Source of the DNA: a virus
IMG/VR virus record: IMGVR_UViG_3300045988_182687
Location: 71,005 to 135,004 of that record
DNA: 64,000 nucleotides
Direction: 5' to 3' (one strand)
A program made the position numbers and the translations under genes. Of the stretch, positions 19,710-29,520 are shown piece by piece. The notes under the pieces are model-generated. The model was not told where the DNA came from. It saw nothing but the letters and a program-made list of their open reading frames with translations, and searched no databases. Position 1 is the stretch's first letter; each line of letters starts with the position of its first letter.

Positions 19710-21221
19710 ATGCCGATGGATGCCGATTACGCGCTCTTAAAAAAGTGGAGCAACTGGTTCGACCGGAAAAACGGCAGCGGTTATGGACCGGCAAACATAT
19801 TGCAGCGGAGAACGATGAACACTGCAATCGTAACTGTGAGTACACTGCAAAATATTCCTTTTACTGAGTTATCTTCTTCGCTGTACTTCTTTTGTAGCGA
19901 TATAGATAGCAAGGAGTTCTCTCGTCTGTATGAGTCTCAGGTGGAGTTGGCCGGTGCCAACCCTGACAAGTTTATCAAGGGCCTTCACAGCTTTTTCAAT
20001 TCCATGGCCAAGAGAATCAAGAACGAATCCGAATACGCCCTGTTCTTTGATTTTCTCATGGCTGCATCTCGCCTTCTTTTTACCGCAAAGGAAGAAAAAC
20101 AATCTAACATCAACATTGATGTGGTGTACTGTTACTTCAGTATCCTCCTTCAGCAGACGGAATACCTGCGTCCCGATAAGTTCGACTTAACCAAAGTCGT
20201 CTGCGGTTTGAAAACGACCGGCGAACTGTTGGTCATGGAAGATACCTACCCCTTCTTGGATAAGCCTGCTTTTGAGTTGGAGCGCCGGAATCTTGATGGA
20301 AAGGTTCGTTCCCCCATGGAGCTGGATGCCCAAATCAAGGAAATCTATAGCAAGTGGGGATATGGCTACATCCAAAATAAGGAGGATTTGGAGCGCTACA
20401 CGCAGGTAGACAGGATTTTTTCCAACCAAATAGCGGGTATGGCTGCGCTCATCAATGAATACACCTTCGACATACTTCCGCAGCATTGCTTTTCTGCCAT
20501 CGCAAATAAGTTCTTTTCCGTTGTTGCGCTGCCTCCGATGCTGCCTGATGAGATGCATGAGCTGTTGCGGACGAAACGAAGTTCAACGCTTCCTGCCAAC
20601 GGCGCAGAGTTTGAGTTTACAAGCGACAAAGACATTATCCGGAAGGTCTTGCTCAAGGAAACTCTATACGGCGATTCCATCTATATGCTTTACCGTCTGG
20701 ACACCTGTGAGGGAGACTTGAGTGGGTACTATGATACTAAGACCGGGTTCTTCTTTTCGGTTTTCCTCGATTCAGAGGACAGAGTCATCTACGGGAACAT
20801 AAGGCGGCTCGTTTTAACTCTCTACGCCTGTGCCGTAACGCGCAAAGGTCCAGAACTGCTGTCGCAACTAAGCGGCCATGTCAAGTATCTGTCCCTCGAC
20901 AATAAGGGCGTCCGGAAATTCGATGAGGTATCCATAAGCTACTACGGTCGCGGAGGACGCCTCAGGAACGCCTACGACGGCGCGGAAGCGGCAGGGAAGG
21001 GTGGATACACCCGTAAGGGCGACGAAGCCTATGAGGAGGCTCCCAGAGCCATTCAGGGCTTTATCCGAAAGGTGGGCGAGGGGAGAACGCCGTCCCGTGA
21101 GGCGGTGGAGTACGCGGAGGCTCTCGGATACTCCCTCGCGCCTGATGAAACCTATGTAAAGCCATTCATCCGCAGAGTTCTTCGCTTGAAGCAAAAGGAA
21201 GCTGAGAACACAAATGGATAA
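19710..21221 (+). CDS. Hypothetical protein (503 aa), no recognisable motifs
   Basis: AAAGGAG ribosome-binding site 6 nt before the ATG (MPMDADY). Long clean ORF. Confidence 0.6.
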   Translation: MPMDADYALLKKWSNWFDRKNGSGYGPANILQRRTMNTAIVTVSTLQNIPFTELSSSLYFFCSDIDSKEFSRLYESQVELAGANPDKFIKGLHSFFNSMAKRIKNESEYALFFDFLMAASRLLFTAKEEKQSNINIDVVYCYFSILLQQTEYLRPDKFDLTKVVCGLKTTGELLVMEDTYPFLDKPAFELERRNLDGKVRSPMELDAQIKEIYSKWGYGYIQNKEDLERYTQVDRIFSNQIAGMAALINEYTFDILPQHCFSAIANKFFSVVALPPMLPDEMHELLRTKRSSTLPANGAEFEFTSDKDIIRKVLLKETLYGDSIYMLYRLDTCEGDLSGYYDTKTGFFFSVFLDSEDRVIYGNIRRLVLTLYACAVTRKGPELLSQLSGHVKYLSLDNKGVRKFDEVSISYYGRGGRLRNAYDGAEAAGKGGYTRKGDEAYEEAPRAIQGFIRKVGEGRTPSREAVEYAEALGYSLAPDETYVKPFIRRVLRLKQKEAENTNG

Positions 21222-21224
21222 GCG

Positions 21225-21259
21225 AAAAAGACCGGTGGTGAGCCCATCGGTCTTTTTTC
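21225..21259. terminator. Bidirectional intrinsic terminator between convergent genes
   Basis: A-run, gaccggtgg/ccatcggtc stem, T-run. Confidence 0.7.
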
Positions 21260-21348
21260 AAAAAAGGAAGCAACCCTTGGGCTGCTTCCTGAGAAATACT
21301 GTAAGTATCGAATATTTAATTTTGAAATGTATTTGTCTTTGCAGGTTG

Positions 21349-21915
21349 CTATGCGTCCAGCTCGTACACGATAAGCCCAATACTATCAATAAACTGATAG
21401 TGGTTCGCATATTCACGCTGGATGAATTCCTCTCCCTTTGCCCTGCCCCACTTATTCTCATCACAGATATCCGTAATCATGTCGGACATGGATTCGTAGA
21501 TACTGGCGATAGGGGTAACAATGACATTTTCGCGACTAAACAACCACATCCGCAGCACCTCGCGGGGAGAGAAAGCCCGACAGAGACTCTGCTCTTCGGG
21601 GACAAGGTCGTGCGGCGCACGGGTGCCGTAAATTTCGTGCTGCTTCACAAGGGTCTTGAGGCGAAGCTCTGCCATGTCGAGAAGCCGCTTCGCTGTTTCG
21701 GGGTCGTCCCCTCCAAACTCCATAATGGATATCATCACATCCATAAGGGAAAGAGGGTCGTTGACTGCCATTTCTACAGACTTCCGGACAGCGTCGCTTG
21801 TGCTGCCTGTGAATTGACAAACGTCATCAATGAGGTCGTCATTATCTTTCTTGTTCTGTTTTTCTTCGTTGCTGGTTCCGTGTTCATAGATTCTACTGTT
21901 GTGTTTTCGCTGCAT
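21349..21915 (-). CDS. Hypothetical acidic protein (188 aa)
   Basis: Strong AGGAGG ribosome-binding site upstream of the minus-strand ATG. The overlapping plus-strand ORF has no ribosome-binding site and an implausible composition. Confidence 0.6.
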   Translation of the reverse strand: MQRKHNSRIYEHGTSNEEKQNKKDNDDLIDDVCQFTGSTSDAVRKSVEMAVNDPLSLMDVMISIMEFGGDDPETAKRLLDMAELRLKTLVKQHEIYGTRAPHDLVPEEQSLCRAFSPREVLRMWLFSRENVIVTPIASIYESMSDMITDICDENKWGRAKGEEFIQREYANHYQFIDSIGLIVYELDA

Positions 21916-22421
21916 TTCCCGTGACCTCCTTCTACGCTGCTACTTTTTCCTTTCTTCCTTTGAAAACGATGACAGTGGCGTGTTTTGTTCGCCATTCAAG
22001 ATATTGTTCCCGCGTATTGGGGTGGCAAGAGTACATGGAAATAGCGCTGACAAGCCGCTGCTTCTATGCCGCAAAAGTGGAGTAAGTGCTTCCTGCGGCA
22101 GTGAAAGTCGTCTGCCAGCGCTTATGTTCCATATTCAATATCACTCTACCACGATTACATAATTTTGTCAAGTTTACGACTTGTGAAAAATGGAACAATC
22201 ATGTCTTTTGTGTTGACATTATTCCTAATATAAGCTGTGTTAATTTGTGGGATGTTACAGTTTCGTGTAACATCTTTTAATCATTTGTTAAAGGATTCTG
22301 CTCGTTTTTGTGCTAAATGTAGATATTCTTACCAAATTTTACGTTTTTAGACGTTTTGCTTTTCTCCCTTACGACTTGAATGATTTTGGCACATGAGCCA
22401 CCCTTTTTACGCTCTGCGTAC

Positions 22422-22450
22422 TTGACATTATTTTATGTTCGTGCTAATAT
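22422..22450 (+). promoter_or_regulatory. sigma-A promoter P2 with extended -10 (TTGACA-17-TGcTAATAT)
   Basis: cTTGACATTATTTTATGTTCGTGcTAATAT. Near-identical architecture to P1, P3 and P4. Confidence 0.6.
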
Positions 22451-22472
22451 GAAATCGAAGAAATAAGCCCTT

Positions 22473-24788
22473 TTGGGAGCTTTTAACACCTGCTGTGAAA
22501 GGTCGTGTTTCCACATTAAACTAATACTTGCTGAGAAAAAACAGCTTGGCGATTTGATTGCTCAAGCTATCCCCGGCACGGCACGTTCTGACCGTGGAGC
22601 GACCGTAAAGGGCGATTACGTCATCGTGTGTTCACAGGGACACCTTTTGTCTTTGAAAGAACCTGAGGATTACGATGCCGCTCTTGGTAAGTGGGATTTG
22701 TCTGCACTACCCATTTACTTCCCTAACTGGCAGACCAAAATCAAAGAATACAATGGCAGGGGAGTGAACCCCAATGAGCGCGTTGCCCGCATCGGCGAGC
22801 TGCTGAAACAGTGTAGCTGTGTTATCCATGCCGGCGACCCTGATGAAGAGGGGCAGCTCCTTATTGATGAACTGCTTCGCTGGCATCACTATCGTGGGCC
22901 TGTCTACCGTCTGGCGACAGGTGACACATCTATTCCGGCGTTGCGGCGTGCGCTCAATAATCTTAAAGACAACCGTTCCTTTGAGAACATGGGCTGGTCA
23001 GCCTATGCCCGCAGCGTTGCGGACCTGATGGTTGGCGTTAATATGAGCCGGTATTATTCGCTGGTCAACAATGCTTCGTTGACAGTTGGACGTGTGCAGT
23101 CTCCTACCCTTGGGCTTGTGGTTGAGCGTGATATGCTTATCGAAAACCACGTAAAAACAAAATACTATGAGGTCTCAGCGAAGACTTCTGTTGAGGGTAA
23201 GGTCGTTGAGACGAAGTACAGGCCGAAGAAAGATGACCCTCATCTGACTGATGGGCTTATCTTGGAAAGACCTTACGCGGAGAGCAAGTCTGCGATGATT
23301 TCCGGAAAACAGTTCTCTGGGGCTGCCGTTACAAAAAAGATTTCCAAAGAACAACCGCCTTTGCCGTTTGATATGCTGGAATTGCAGGGCTACTGTTTGA
23401 AGAGTTTCGGCTACAAGCTGGACGACACCATGGAAATCACGCAGTCTTTACGCGATAACTACAACGCCATTACATATAACCGTACTCAGGTGCGATATCT
23501 CCCCGAAAACTACTTTGCGGAAGCTCCCGCCACCTCCCGTACCGTTATCGCAAACATAAACACGGTAGGAAAGGGCAATTTCAACCCTATTCTTGGTATG
23601 GACTTCAAGACGAAGGGGCGGTGCTTCGACGATTCTAAAATTGAAGCCCATTTTGGCATCATTCCTCAAAATGTGAGTCTCGACCTCAACAAGATGACAG
23701 AGCGGGAACGAAACGTATATCTTGCCATTTGTAAGTATTATCTTATCCAGTTCTTTCCGCCCGCTGAGAAGGAAACAACAAGGCTGGTCGTCCCGCTGCC
23801 GGACGGCGCCACTTTAGAGGCATCCAGCACTGGTGTTCTGAAACCCGGTTATCTCGTGATGATGCGCGAAGGTGTAGATACGCCCACTGCGTTGAGTATG
23901 ATACCCGCCGGCAGTTACGATGCCTTTGTTTCCGACGCTCAGGTCTTAGAGAAGGAAACAAATCCCCCTCCTCGTTATACACAGTACACGCTGGCGAAGG
24001 ATATGAGCCGTATTGCCAAGTATGTTACCGACCCATTCATCAAGAGCACTCTGCTGAAGAAAGATGCCGACGTGGAGGAGAATAACGGGGCTATCGGCAC
24101 CAGCGCAACACGGGACCAGATAATCTCCGGTCTCATTTCAAGAGGGTTCTTGCAGGAAAAGGGGAAGTCCCTTATTTCCACTCCACTTGGACGCGAGCTG
24201 TATCGCATTCTCCCCGATTCCCTTCGTGGACCGGACCTCACCGCCTTGTGGTGGGTCATCCAAGAGGAGATACATGAGGGGAAGGCGACGCCGGAGAAGC
24301 TGGAACAAAACGTTCTGGCTATGCTCAAAGATTTCCTGCAGCAACCGCATCCTAAAGTGGACCCCAATATTGTCCCGACAAGGAAGGGATTCACGCCGAT
24401 AGGAGTGTGTCCTCGCTGTGGTGGGAACATCATAGAGGGGAAAATGGGCTTTGGTTGTTCCAACTGGAGGAATGGATGTAAGTTTACCATCTGGAAAAAG
24501 CCAAAACCGACCCTGTTCCAGCACATCACATTCACAGAGAAGGATGTTAAAAACTTCCTCGCCGGAAAGCCTGTCCATAAGACGAAGCTGACCAAGAAGG
24601 ACGGCGGTACATTTGCGGCAGACCTTGTGATGGATGACAGTCAGCGCAGTGATTGGGGCCCGAACTTTACACTTCAGTTCAACAGCACCAAACCCGCAGG
24701 AGCCTCCTCGCGCTCTGGTGGTGGTCGTTCCGGTAGTCGCAGTACGTCGCGTGGTTCTTCGCGGAGTCGGCGCTCTGGACATCGGTGA
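22473..24788 (+). CDS. topB: Type IA DNA topoisomerase (topoisomerase III-like) with C-terminal zinc ribbon and Ser/Arg-rich tail
   Basis: TOPRIM 'KLILAEK', 'AGDPDEEGQ', 'GRVQSPTL' and C-terminal CPRCGG...C zinc ribbon. Start uncertain: the TTG at 22473 has no ribosome-binding site, and the homology-consistent ILAEK start would be an ATT near 22515. Confidence 0.85.
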   Translation: MGAFNTCCERSCFHIKLILAEKKQLGDLIAQAIPGTARSDRGATVKGDYVIVCSQGHLLSLKEPEDYDAALGKWDLSALPIYFPNWQTKIKEYNGRGVNPNERVARIGELLKQCSCVIHAGDPDEEGQLLIDELLRWHHYRGPVYRLATGDTSIPALRRALNNLKDNRSFENMGWSAYARSVADLMVGVNMSRYYSLVNNASLTVGRVQSPTLGLVVERDMLIENHVKTKYYEVSAKTSVEGKVVETKYRPKKDDPHLTDGLILERPYAESKSAMISGKQFSGAAVTKKISKEQPPLPFDMLELQGYCLKSFGYKLDDTMEITQSLRDNYNAITYNRTQVRYLPENYFAEAPATSRTVIANINTVGKGNFNPILGMDFKTKGRCFDDSKIEAHFGIIPQNVSLDLNKMTERERNVYLAICKYYLIQFFPPAEKETTRLVVPLPDGATLEASSTGVLKPGYLVMMREGVDTPTALSMIPAGSYDAFVSDAQVLEKETNPPPRYTQYTLAKDMSRIAKYVTDPFIKSTLLKKDADVEENNGAIGTSATRDQIISGLISRGFLQEKGKSLISTPLGRELYRILPDSLRGPDLTALWWVIQEEIHEGKATPEKLEQNVLAMLKDFLQQPHPKVDPNIVPTRKGFTPIGVCPRCGGNIIEGKMGFGCSNWRNGCKFTIWKKPKPTLFQHITFTEKDVKNFLAGKPVHKTKLTKKDGGTFAADLVMDDSQRSDWGPNFTLQFNSTKPAGASSRSGGGRSGSRSTSRGSSRSRRSGHR

Positions 24789-24861
24789 TGCTGCATCATA
24801 GTTGACATTTTAACATAGTCTATGGTATAGTACAAGTGTTCTATTTAACAAAGATGTACCA

Positions 24862-24873
24862 GAACATTTGTTC
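24862..24873. promoter_or_regulatory. LexA/DinR SOS box (Cheo box, GAAC-N4-GTTC)
   Basis: aGAACATTTGTTCa, a perfect palindrome about 95 nt upstream of the YdjM-like gene. Confidence 0.65.
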
Positions 24874-24879
24874 AAGATG

Positions 24880-24930
24880 CTTGTTATTTACCTGTAATTT
24901 CCGAGATAAATAACAAGAATCTTGTTATTG
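24880..24930. promoter_or_regulatory. Operator-like repeat set: CTTGTTATTTA ... TAAATAACAAG inverted repeat plus a third direct CTTGTTATT copy
   Basis: 11-bp perfect inverted repeat (24880-24890 / 24907-24917) and a direct repeat at 24921-24929, overlapping the putative -35/-10 and the start region. Confidence 0.5.
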
Positions 24931-24966
24931 TGCTATACCCCGTTCAAAACATTAGGAGGTGAACCA

Positions 24967-25515
24967 TTGGACGGGCGAACCCATACTTTTGCCGGATACA
25001 CGGCAGGATTACTTCTTGTGCAGGCACAAATCTTCGGAGCATTTGGCCTTCCGGCGCCGGACGGCATTCTTCCGTGTGTCGGAATGGTTGGACTGTCCAT
25101 GGCGGGCTCCCTCGCGCCTGACATAGACCTTCCGCGCAGCAGAGCGGGACGACGCAATAGACCCGTGTCCGCTGCCGTAAACGCTCTTTTTGGGCATAGG
25201 GGTATTACCCATGCGCCCTTCATTTGGGCGGCGCTGTACGCGGCCTTGAAGTTGCTCTTGGGTGCTGAATGGTTGACCTATATCCTTGCGTTTGTTATTG
25301 GTGGAGCAACTCATATTTTGCTCGACCTTTTCAATAAAGCCGGCGTTCCTTTGCTTTGGCCGATATCCCATCGCTTCTGGATATTCGGTATAAAGACGGA
25401 CAGTGCTGCTGGTCACGCATTTTCTTTTGTCTTGGCGTGTGTCGCAGTTCTTTGTACCATCAATTTCTTCTACGAAGCCGGCGACTACTTAAAGGAGGCG
25501 ATTTGGTTTGTTTGA
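24967..25515 (+). CDS. Membrane-bound metal-dependent hydrolase, YdjM/DUF457-like (LexA regulon type)
   Basis: AGGAGG ribosome-binding site 7 nt before a TTG start. 'GHRGITHAP' and multiple hydrophobic helices typical of the YdjM family. The upstream Cheo box fits SOS regulation. Confidence 0.65.
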   Translation: MDGRTHTFAGYTAGLLLVQAQIFGAFGLPAPDGILPCVGMVGLSMAGSLAPDIDLPRSRAGRRNRPVSAAVNALFGHRGITHAPFIWAALYAALKLLLGAEWLTYILAFVIGGATHILLDLFNKAGVPLLWPISHRFWIFGIKTDSAAGHAFSFVLACVAVLCTINFFYEAGDYLKEAIWFV

Positions 25516-25558
25516 CGCTACAACAACAAAGTCTGAAAACGCACAATGGGGTGAGCGC

Positions 25559-26218
25559 ATGGCGACGTATATTGCGCTGATGCGGTGGAACGGTTACTCT
25601 GTGCAGGAAATTGCTGAGACCTTTGGCATTTCCCGGCAGCAGGTGTATCTGCATCTGCAGAAGATTCCTTTTCCTAATGATAAGGCCAAAAGGTATCCTC
25701 GTCCCGCACTAAATGAAGAGCAGGTAAGGTCTGTGGTCGGTTTTTTTGTCGCGAATAAGGACGCGCCCATATCCGCCGCTTCAGAGACAACGGGCATTCC
25801 TGTTGCGGATGTTGTGATGCTTTGCAACAATATCCGTGGCGCTCATTCGTGGTATTTCAGCGAGGGTTATCCTCTCATTGCGGATTATCTGAACAGGGAG
25901 GGAGTTACGCTTGATTATCTGGAACAGATGGCTGGCGTTCAGGGACTCGCACAGTATATTTTTTCCACATACCCTTACAAGGAGATGCCGAAGGCTCGTG
26001 CTGCTGCGGTAGCCGCAGTAATTGACGTTCCCGCAGACAAGCTGATGGAGGTGGCTGTTGCGTCCGGAAATATGGCCACAGGTGTGGCAACATCGGATGA
26101 AATGGCATTGGTCATCGGCTCAGTAACCGGACGCGAAGCGAACTCGCGGCTCTTTTTCCGTGGACGCCGTATCAAACCTTCTTTCTCTGCAACTGGAGGT
26201 GGTTCTTGTGGTGAATAA
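25559..26218 (+). CDS. HTH-domain protein (sigma-70 region-4-like 'GYSVQEIAETFGISRQQVYLHLQK')
   Basis: GGGGTGAG then ATG (MATYIALMRW). Helix-turn-helix motif only. Confidence 0.5.
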   Translation: MATYIALMRWNGYSVQEIAETFGISRQQVYLHLQKIPFPNDKAKRYPRPALNEEQVRSVVGFFVANKDAPISAASETTGIPVADVVMLCNNIRGAHSWYFSEGYPLIADYLNREGVTLDYLEQMAGVQGLAQYIFSTYPYKEMPKARAAAVAAVIDVPADKLMEVAVASGNMATGVATSDEMALVIGSVTGREANSRLFFRGRRIKPSFSATGGGSCGE

Positions 26219-26741
26219 ATCTGGACCGGACCTCCAGAGCGACATCGTCGCCGATACTCGCGATTATCCAGAGGCTCTGCAGCGTCTCACGATGAAGGGA
26301 ATCTTGATGGCCGGTGCCATTGTGGTTATCCTCATTGCAACGCTTTGCCTGCAGAAGTCCGAATTGAAGGCAATGCTTCCCTTTGCCGGCGTTATCCTCT
26401 TGCTGGCAGGATATGTTGTCTATTCTGCCCTACACTTGCGAACAGAATGGCAGAATGGGGACATCGTGTGTCATATTGCTTTGTGCCGCTCTGTGCGGTC
26501 TCGGTCATGGCCACGGGATAGCAAAGAGGTGGTTTTTGTAACAGGGGAAGACGAAGGTCAAGAGGCCCATGTGTTTAATCTTCCTGACCGCAAGAACAAA
26601 GACCTGTATCCCGGCTTTAAGTACACCATCTATGTTCGTGCAAGAGATAATACGCATCTCTTGGCCTACAAAGAAATCTATGTGCCTTCCGATGCGAAGG
26701 ACACAGAAGAGGTCAAGTCGGAGCTTTCTTCGGAAAAGTGA
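26208..26741 (+). CDS. Hypothetical membrane protein (2 TM helices)
   Basis: GGAGGTGG ribosome-binding site followed by overlapping GTG start candidates. Translationally coupled to the previous gene. Start uncertain. Confidence 0.4.
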   Translation: MVNKSGPDLQSDIVADTRDYPEALQRLTMKGILMAGAIVVILIATLCLQKSELKAMLPFAGVILLLAGYVVYSALHLRTEWQNGDIVCHIALCRSVRSRSWPRDSKEVVFVTGEDEGQEAHVFNLPDRKNKDLYPGFKYTIYVRARDNTHLLAYKEIYVPSDAKDTEEVKSELSSEK

Positions 26742-26771
26742 AAAAAGCCGGCCTACGGGCCGGTTTTTTTG
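26741..26771. terminator. Bidirectional intrinsic terminator
   Basis: A6, gccggcc/ggccgg stem, T7. Confidence 0.7.
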
Positions 26772-26779
26772 CGTTTAGA

Positions 26780-26812
26780 AGAGGCCTTGCCTTGTGGCAA
26801 GACCTCTTTCGT
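26780..26812. terminator. Second hairpin (gaggccttgcc/ggcaagacctc), probable terminator for the convergent minus-strand gene
   Basis: Stable 11-bp stem between convergent genes. Confidence 0.45.
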
Positions 26813-26822
26813 GTTGTGAGAG

Positions 26823-27269
26823 TTAATTGAAAAAGAAGGGCCTTCCGATTTCTGCATCCTCCTGAGGTTCAGACTCTTCCGGAGTAAAGGCTTTTTCCGG
26901 CGTATTGGCCTCGTTCACAAGTCCATCATCGCCGTCCTCGTCTTCTGTGGCTTCCGCTGCAACAGGGGTCACGCCCCAGTTGAGAATAGCCTCATCCTCC
27001 TCGGACAGTGCAATACGCTGCCTTTCAGCGGTATCGCGGATTTTCTTGACCATTTTTTCGCGGAAGTTTTTCATGGCGGACTGGATGCGTGTCGCGGCCT
27101 GTTCATCTACAACGATAGCAGGCTTTTTACGGCTTTTTGCCGATACCGTAAAGGCGTTATCCTTCGCAGCGATATCTAACATCGTATTGATGTCTGCGAC
27201 TGCTTTCAGTCCGTCTGAGACCTGCTGGAGTGCCTGCTGCTGCTTTGAGTCACTGATAATTGCTGGCAT
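26823..27269 (-). CDS. Hypothetical acidic protein
   Basis: AAGGAGAG ribosome-binding site. Confidence 0.55.
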   Translation of the reverse strand: MPAIISDSKQQQALQQVSDGLKAVADINTMLDIAAKDNAFTVSAKSRKKPAIVVDEQAATRIQSAMKNFREKMVKKIRDTAERQRIALSEEDEAILNWGVTPVAAEATEDEDGDDGLVNEANTPEKAFTPEESEPQEDAEIGRPFFFN

Positions 27270-27292
27270 GGTTTTTCTCTCCTTTTCTTTTT

Positions 27293-27979
27293 TTAGTTAG
27301 CGAGTGCGGTATCTGTCTCAGTATCGGCACCTTCGATGACCGCGCTCATATCTGCGAGATAGTAAACATCCGCTGCCTTGTCGTAGTTGATGTGTGCGAT
27401 AAAACTGCCAAGGTCTTCGCCCGTAGCCTTATCACATACGCGGATTGTCAGCGTTTCATTGCCGTTATATCCATCCACAAGAATGGAGTCCTGCCACGCA
27501 ACACCGAATTTGTTTACATCGCGGTAGGTCGCGTCAATTCCCAGCACATCGTCATACCAAGTAAAGGCTGCAATACTGTTGGTATCCATTGTGTAAAAAT
27601 CTTGCCGCTTGACCGTTGCGTATTCTTCCGGCATAAAGTATAGGGGATATGTCGTACGCTCGCACTTGATATAGAACGCCGCACCGTTGGGGTCGTTGCA
27701 GGTGGGATTCAAGTAGATGGCGTTGACGCCGGCATCCTTGTCGCCCATACCCAGCGTGACCTCATAGCCGGATTCCAGCGTACAGCTCAACTTGATGTCG
27801 TTGCGGTACTTGCCATCCCCGATATATCCTTGGGAGTCCTCTTCACCGTCGGGGATGGGTTCGGGATTTTCGAGGTTGTACTGAGGTTCGCCGGTGTCCT
27901 CATCTTTATCTTTCTTTCCACAGCCCACAATGGTCAGTGCCATAAGCACAGCCAGAGTCAATGCGATAAACTTCTTCAT
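27293..27979 (-). CDS. Lipoprotein (lipobox I-V-G-C)
   Basis: AAGGAGG ribosome-binding site. MKKFIALTLAVLMALTIVGC signal. Confidence 0.65.
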   Translation of the reverse strand: MKKFIALTLAVLMALTIVGCGKKDKDEDTGEPQYNLENPEPIPDGEEDSQGYIGDGKYRNDIKLSCTLESGYEVTLGMGDKDAGVNAIYLNPTCNDPNGAAFYIKCERTTYPLYFMPEEYATVKRQDFYTMDTNSIAAFTWYDDVLGIDATYRDVNKFGVAWQDSILVDGYNGNETLTIRVCDKATGEDLGSFIAHINYDKAADVYYLADMSAVIEGADTETDTALAN

Positions 27980-28002
27980 ATGGGATTCCTCCTTACGGAT
28001 TT

Positions 28003-29496
28003 TTACTGTACGGGGTTCGCGTTCTGAGGTGCGGTATCACCGCAGAGCACACGGTCTACAAATTGGCAGATGTTGAGCTGTGCGGCGCGTTCGGGAGTGT
28101 TTGCTTCCAGCTCCTCCAGCAGCTCCACGGTCGTAACCGTACCACTTGTAAGTGTTGCATCTGCACCAGTGACCATGGTCGCGTCATACACGGTTGCAGC
28201 CTTTTCTGTCATACGGAATCTTACAATGGAGGGAACCATTTTTGCGATGCTAACATGGTTCTTCACATACTGTGTCAATTCGCCCTGCGGGATTGCTCCC
28301 AGCTTGGCATAGACATCAAACAGCAGCGTTCCGTCGGCGTTCAGGAGGTCGCTTACCACCGCATTCAGCTTAATGGTTTCATGCCTCCGGTTATGCTCGT
28401 CCTTATCGCTGATGGTGTACTCGATAGTGGGGTCATCCGCATAGAGTTCCTCGCGCAACGCGGGGTTGTTGTCGTCCACTGTGCGATTGATGGTAATGAC
28501 AGCCTCGCGTCCAAACATGAGGAAGCTGGTGTCCGTTTCCCACAGATAATCTCGCACATCTTCCTCATCAGCGGCCAGCCAAGGGTTGACGGCAACTGAT
28601 GTTCCTCCTGTGCTGTTTACACTGAACTGGTCGATGCGGAGAATTTGACCGGCGCCGATATATTCAGTCGCGTATTTCCCCACCACAGTGGATGCCATGT
28701 CCACATTACACAGCTTGGAGCCAATGGCCACAGCGCAGTTGTAGACGTCGGCAGGAATGGTTGCTACGGCAAGATTATCCTTAGAGAACTGCGTTCCCGG
28801 CAGTATATCGTCTGTGACCTGAATCACCTGTACGCTATCTCCATGAACGTAGGACGTGGAAACTGTCGTTCCATCAGAACGCTGGAGCGTCGTGGGGTAC
28901 TGAAACCCGATAGGTGCAGAGCGGTTGGCCAGCGTGGTGTAGACGCAGAAGACAATAGCGGCACCGGCAATGATAGCTGCAGCAGGATAAACGACCTTTT
29001 TCAGAAACCGCTTCCCTTTACTTACAGGGACCATGCTCGTTCCTGCCGCATCACTTGCGGATACGTTCTTTTCCGCCGGTTTGCGCTTCTGCTGCTTTTT
29101 CTGCTCCTTTTCCCGCAGCCTCTCGGCCTTCAGCCGTTCTTCCTCCTGCCGCTTGAGTTCGCGCCAGTCGGGGGTTTCTGTCGTGCCTGAGCTGGGCGTG
29201 TCAGTGCTGTGAATGGGGGATTCCGGACTCCGAGATGCTTCCCTCTTTTCAGGTGCGGAAGGGGGCGCGTCATCGCCGCCGTTTGCAGCGGGAACAACGA
29301 TAGTCGTCTGCTTCTTTGCGCTACCAACGCGGCCAGTCAGCTCTCCGTCCTCCCTGCACTCGTAGAAGCGACTATTGGCGTCATCGAAATATCCGGTACA
29401 GATATTCCCAGCACCCAGCTTAAACTGGCGCTTAGGCAGCTTTTTGATTTGTGCGACTTCCTCAGCAGTGAAAGTCCATGTGTTATCTCTCGCCAT
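28003..29496 (-). CDS. Single-pass membrane protein: charged/coiled cytoplasmic N-terminal domain, then an extracellular domain (possible SAF-like fold)
   Basis: AAGGAAG ribosome-binding site. Lys/Glu/Arg-rich segment, then TM helix 'VYPAAAIIAGAAIVFCVYTTL'. Confidence 0.5.
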   Translation of the reverse strand: MARDNTWTFTAEEVAQIKKLPKRQFKLGAGNICTGYFDDANSRFYECREDGELTGRVGSAKKQTTIVVPAANGGDDAPPSAPEKREASRSPESPIHSTDTPSSGTTETPDWRELKRQEEERLKAERLREKEQKKQQKRKPAEKNVSASDAAGTSMVPVSKGKRFLKKVVYPAAAIIAGAAIVFCVYTTLANRSAPIGFQYPTTLQRSDGTTVSTSYVHGDSVQVIQVTDDILPGTQFSKDNLAVATIPADVYNCAVAIGSKLCNVDMASTVVGKYATEYIGAGQILRIDQFSVNSTGGTSVAVNPWLAADEEDVRDYLWETDTSFLMFGREAVITINRTVDDNNPALREELYADDPTIEYTISDKDEHNRRHETIKLNAVVSDLLNADGTLLFDVYAKLGAIPQGELTQYVKNHVSIAKMVPSIVRFRMTEKAATVYDATMVTGADATLTSGTVTTVELLEELEANTPERAAQLNICQFVDRVLCGDTAPQNANPVQ

Positions 29497-29520
29497 AGGG
29501 CATCATCTTCCTTTCTCTGT

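Noticed and set aside
21214-21924. Plus-strand 236-aa ORF
   Set aside because: It overlaps the minus-strand gene 21349-21915, which has a perfect AGGAGG ribosome-binding site. The plus-strand ORF runs through the bidirectional terminator and has no ribosome-binding site.
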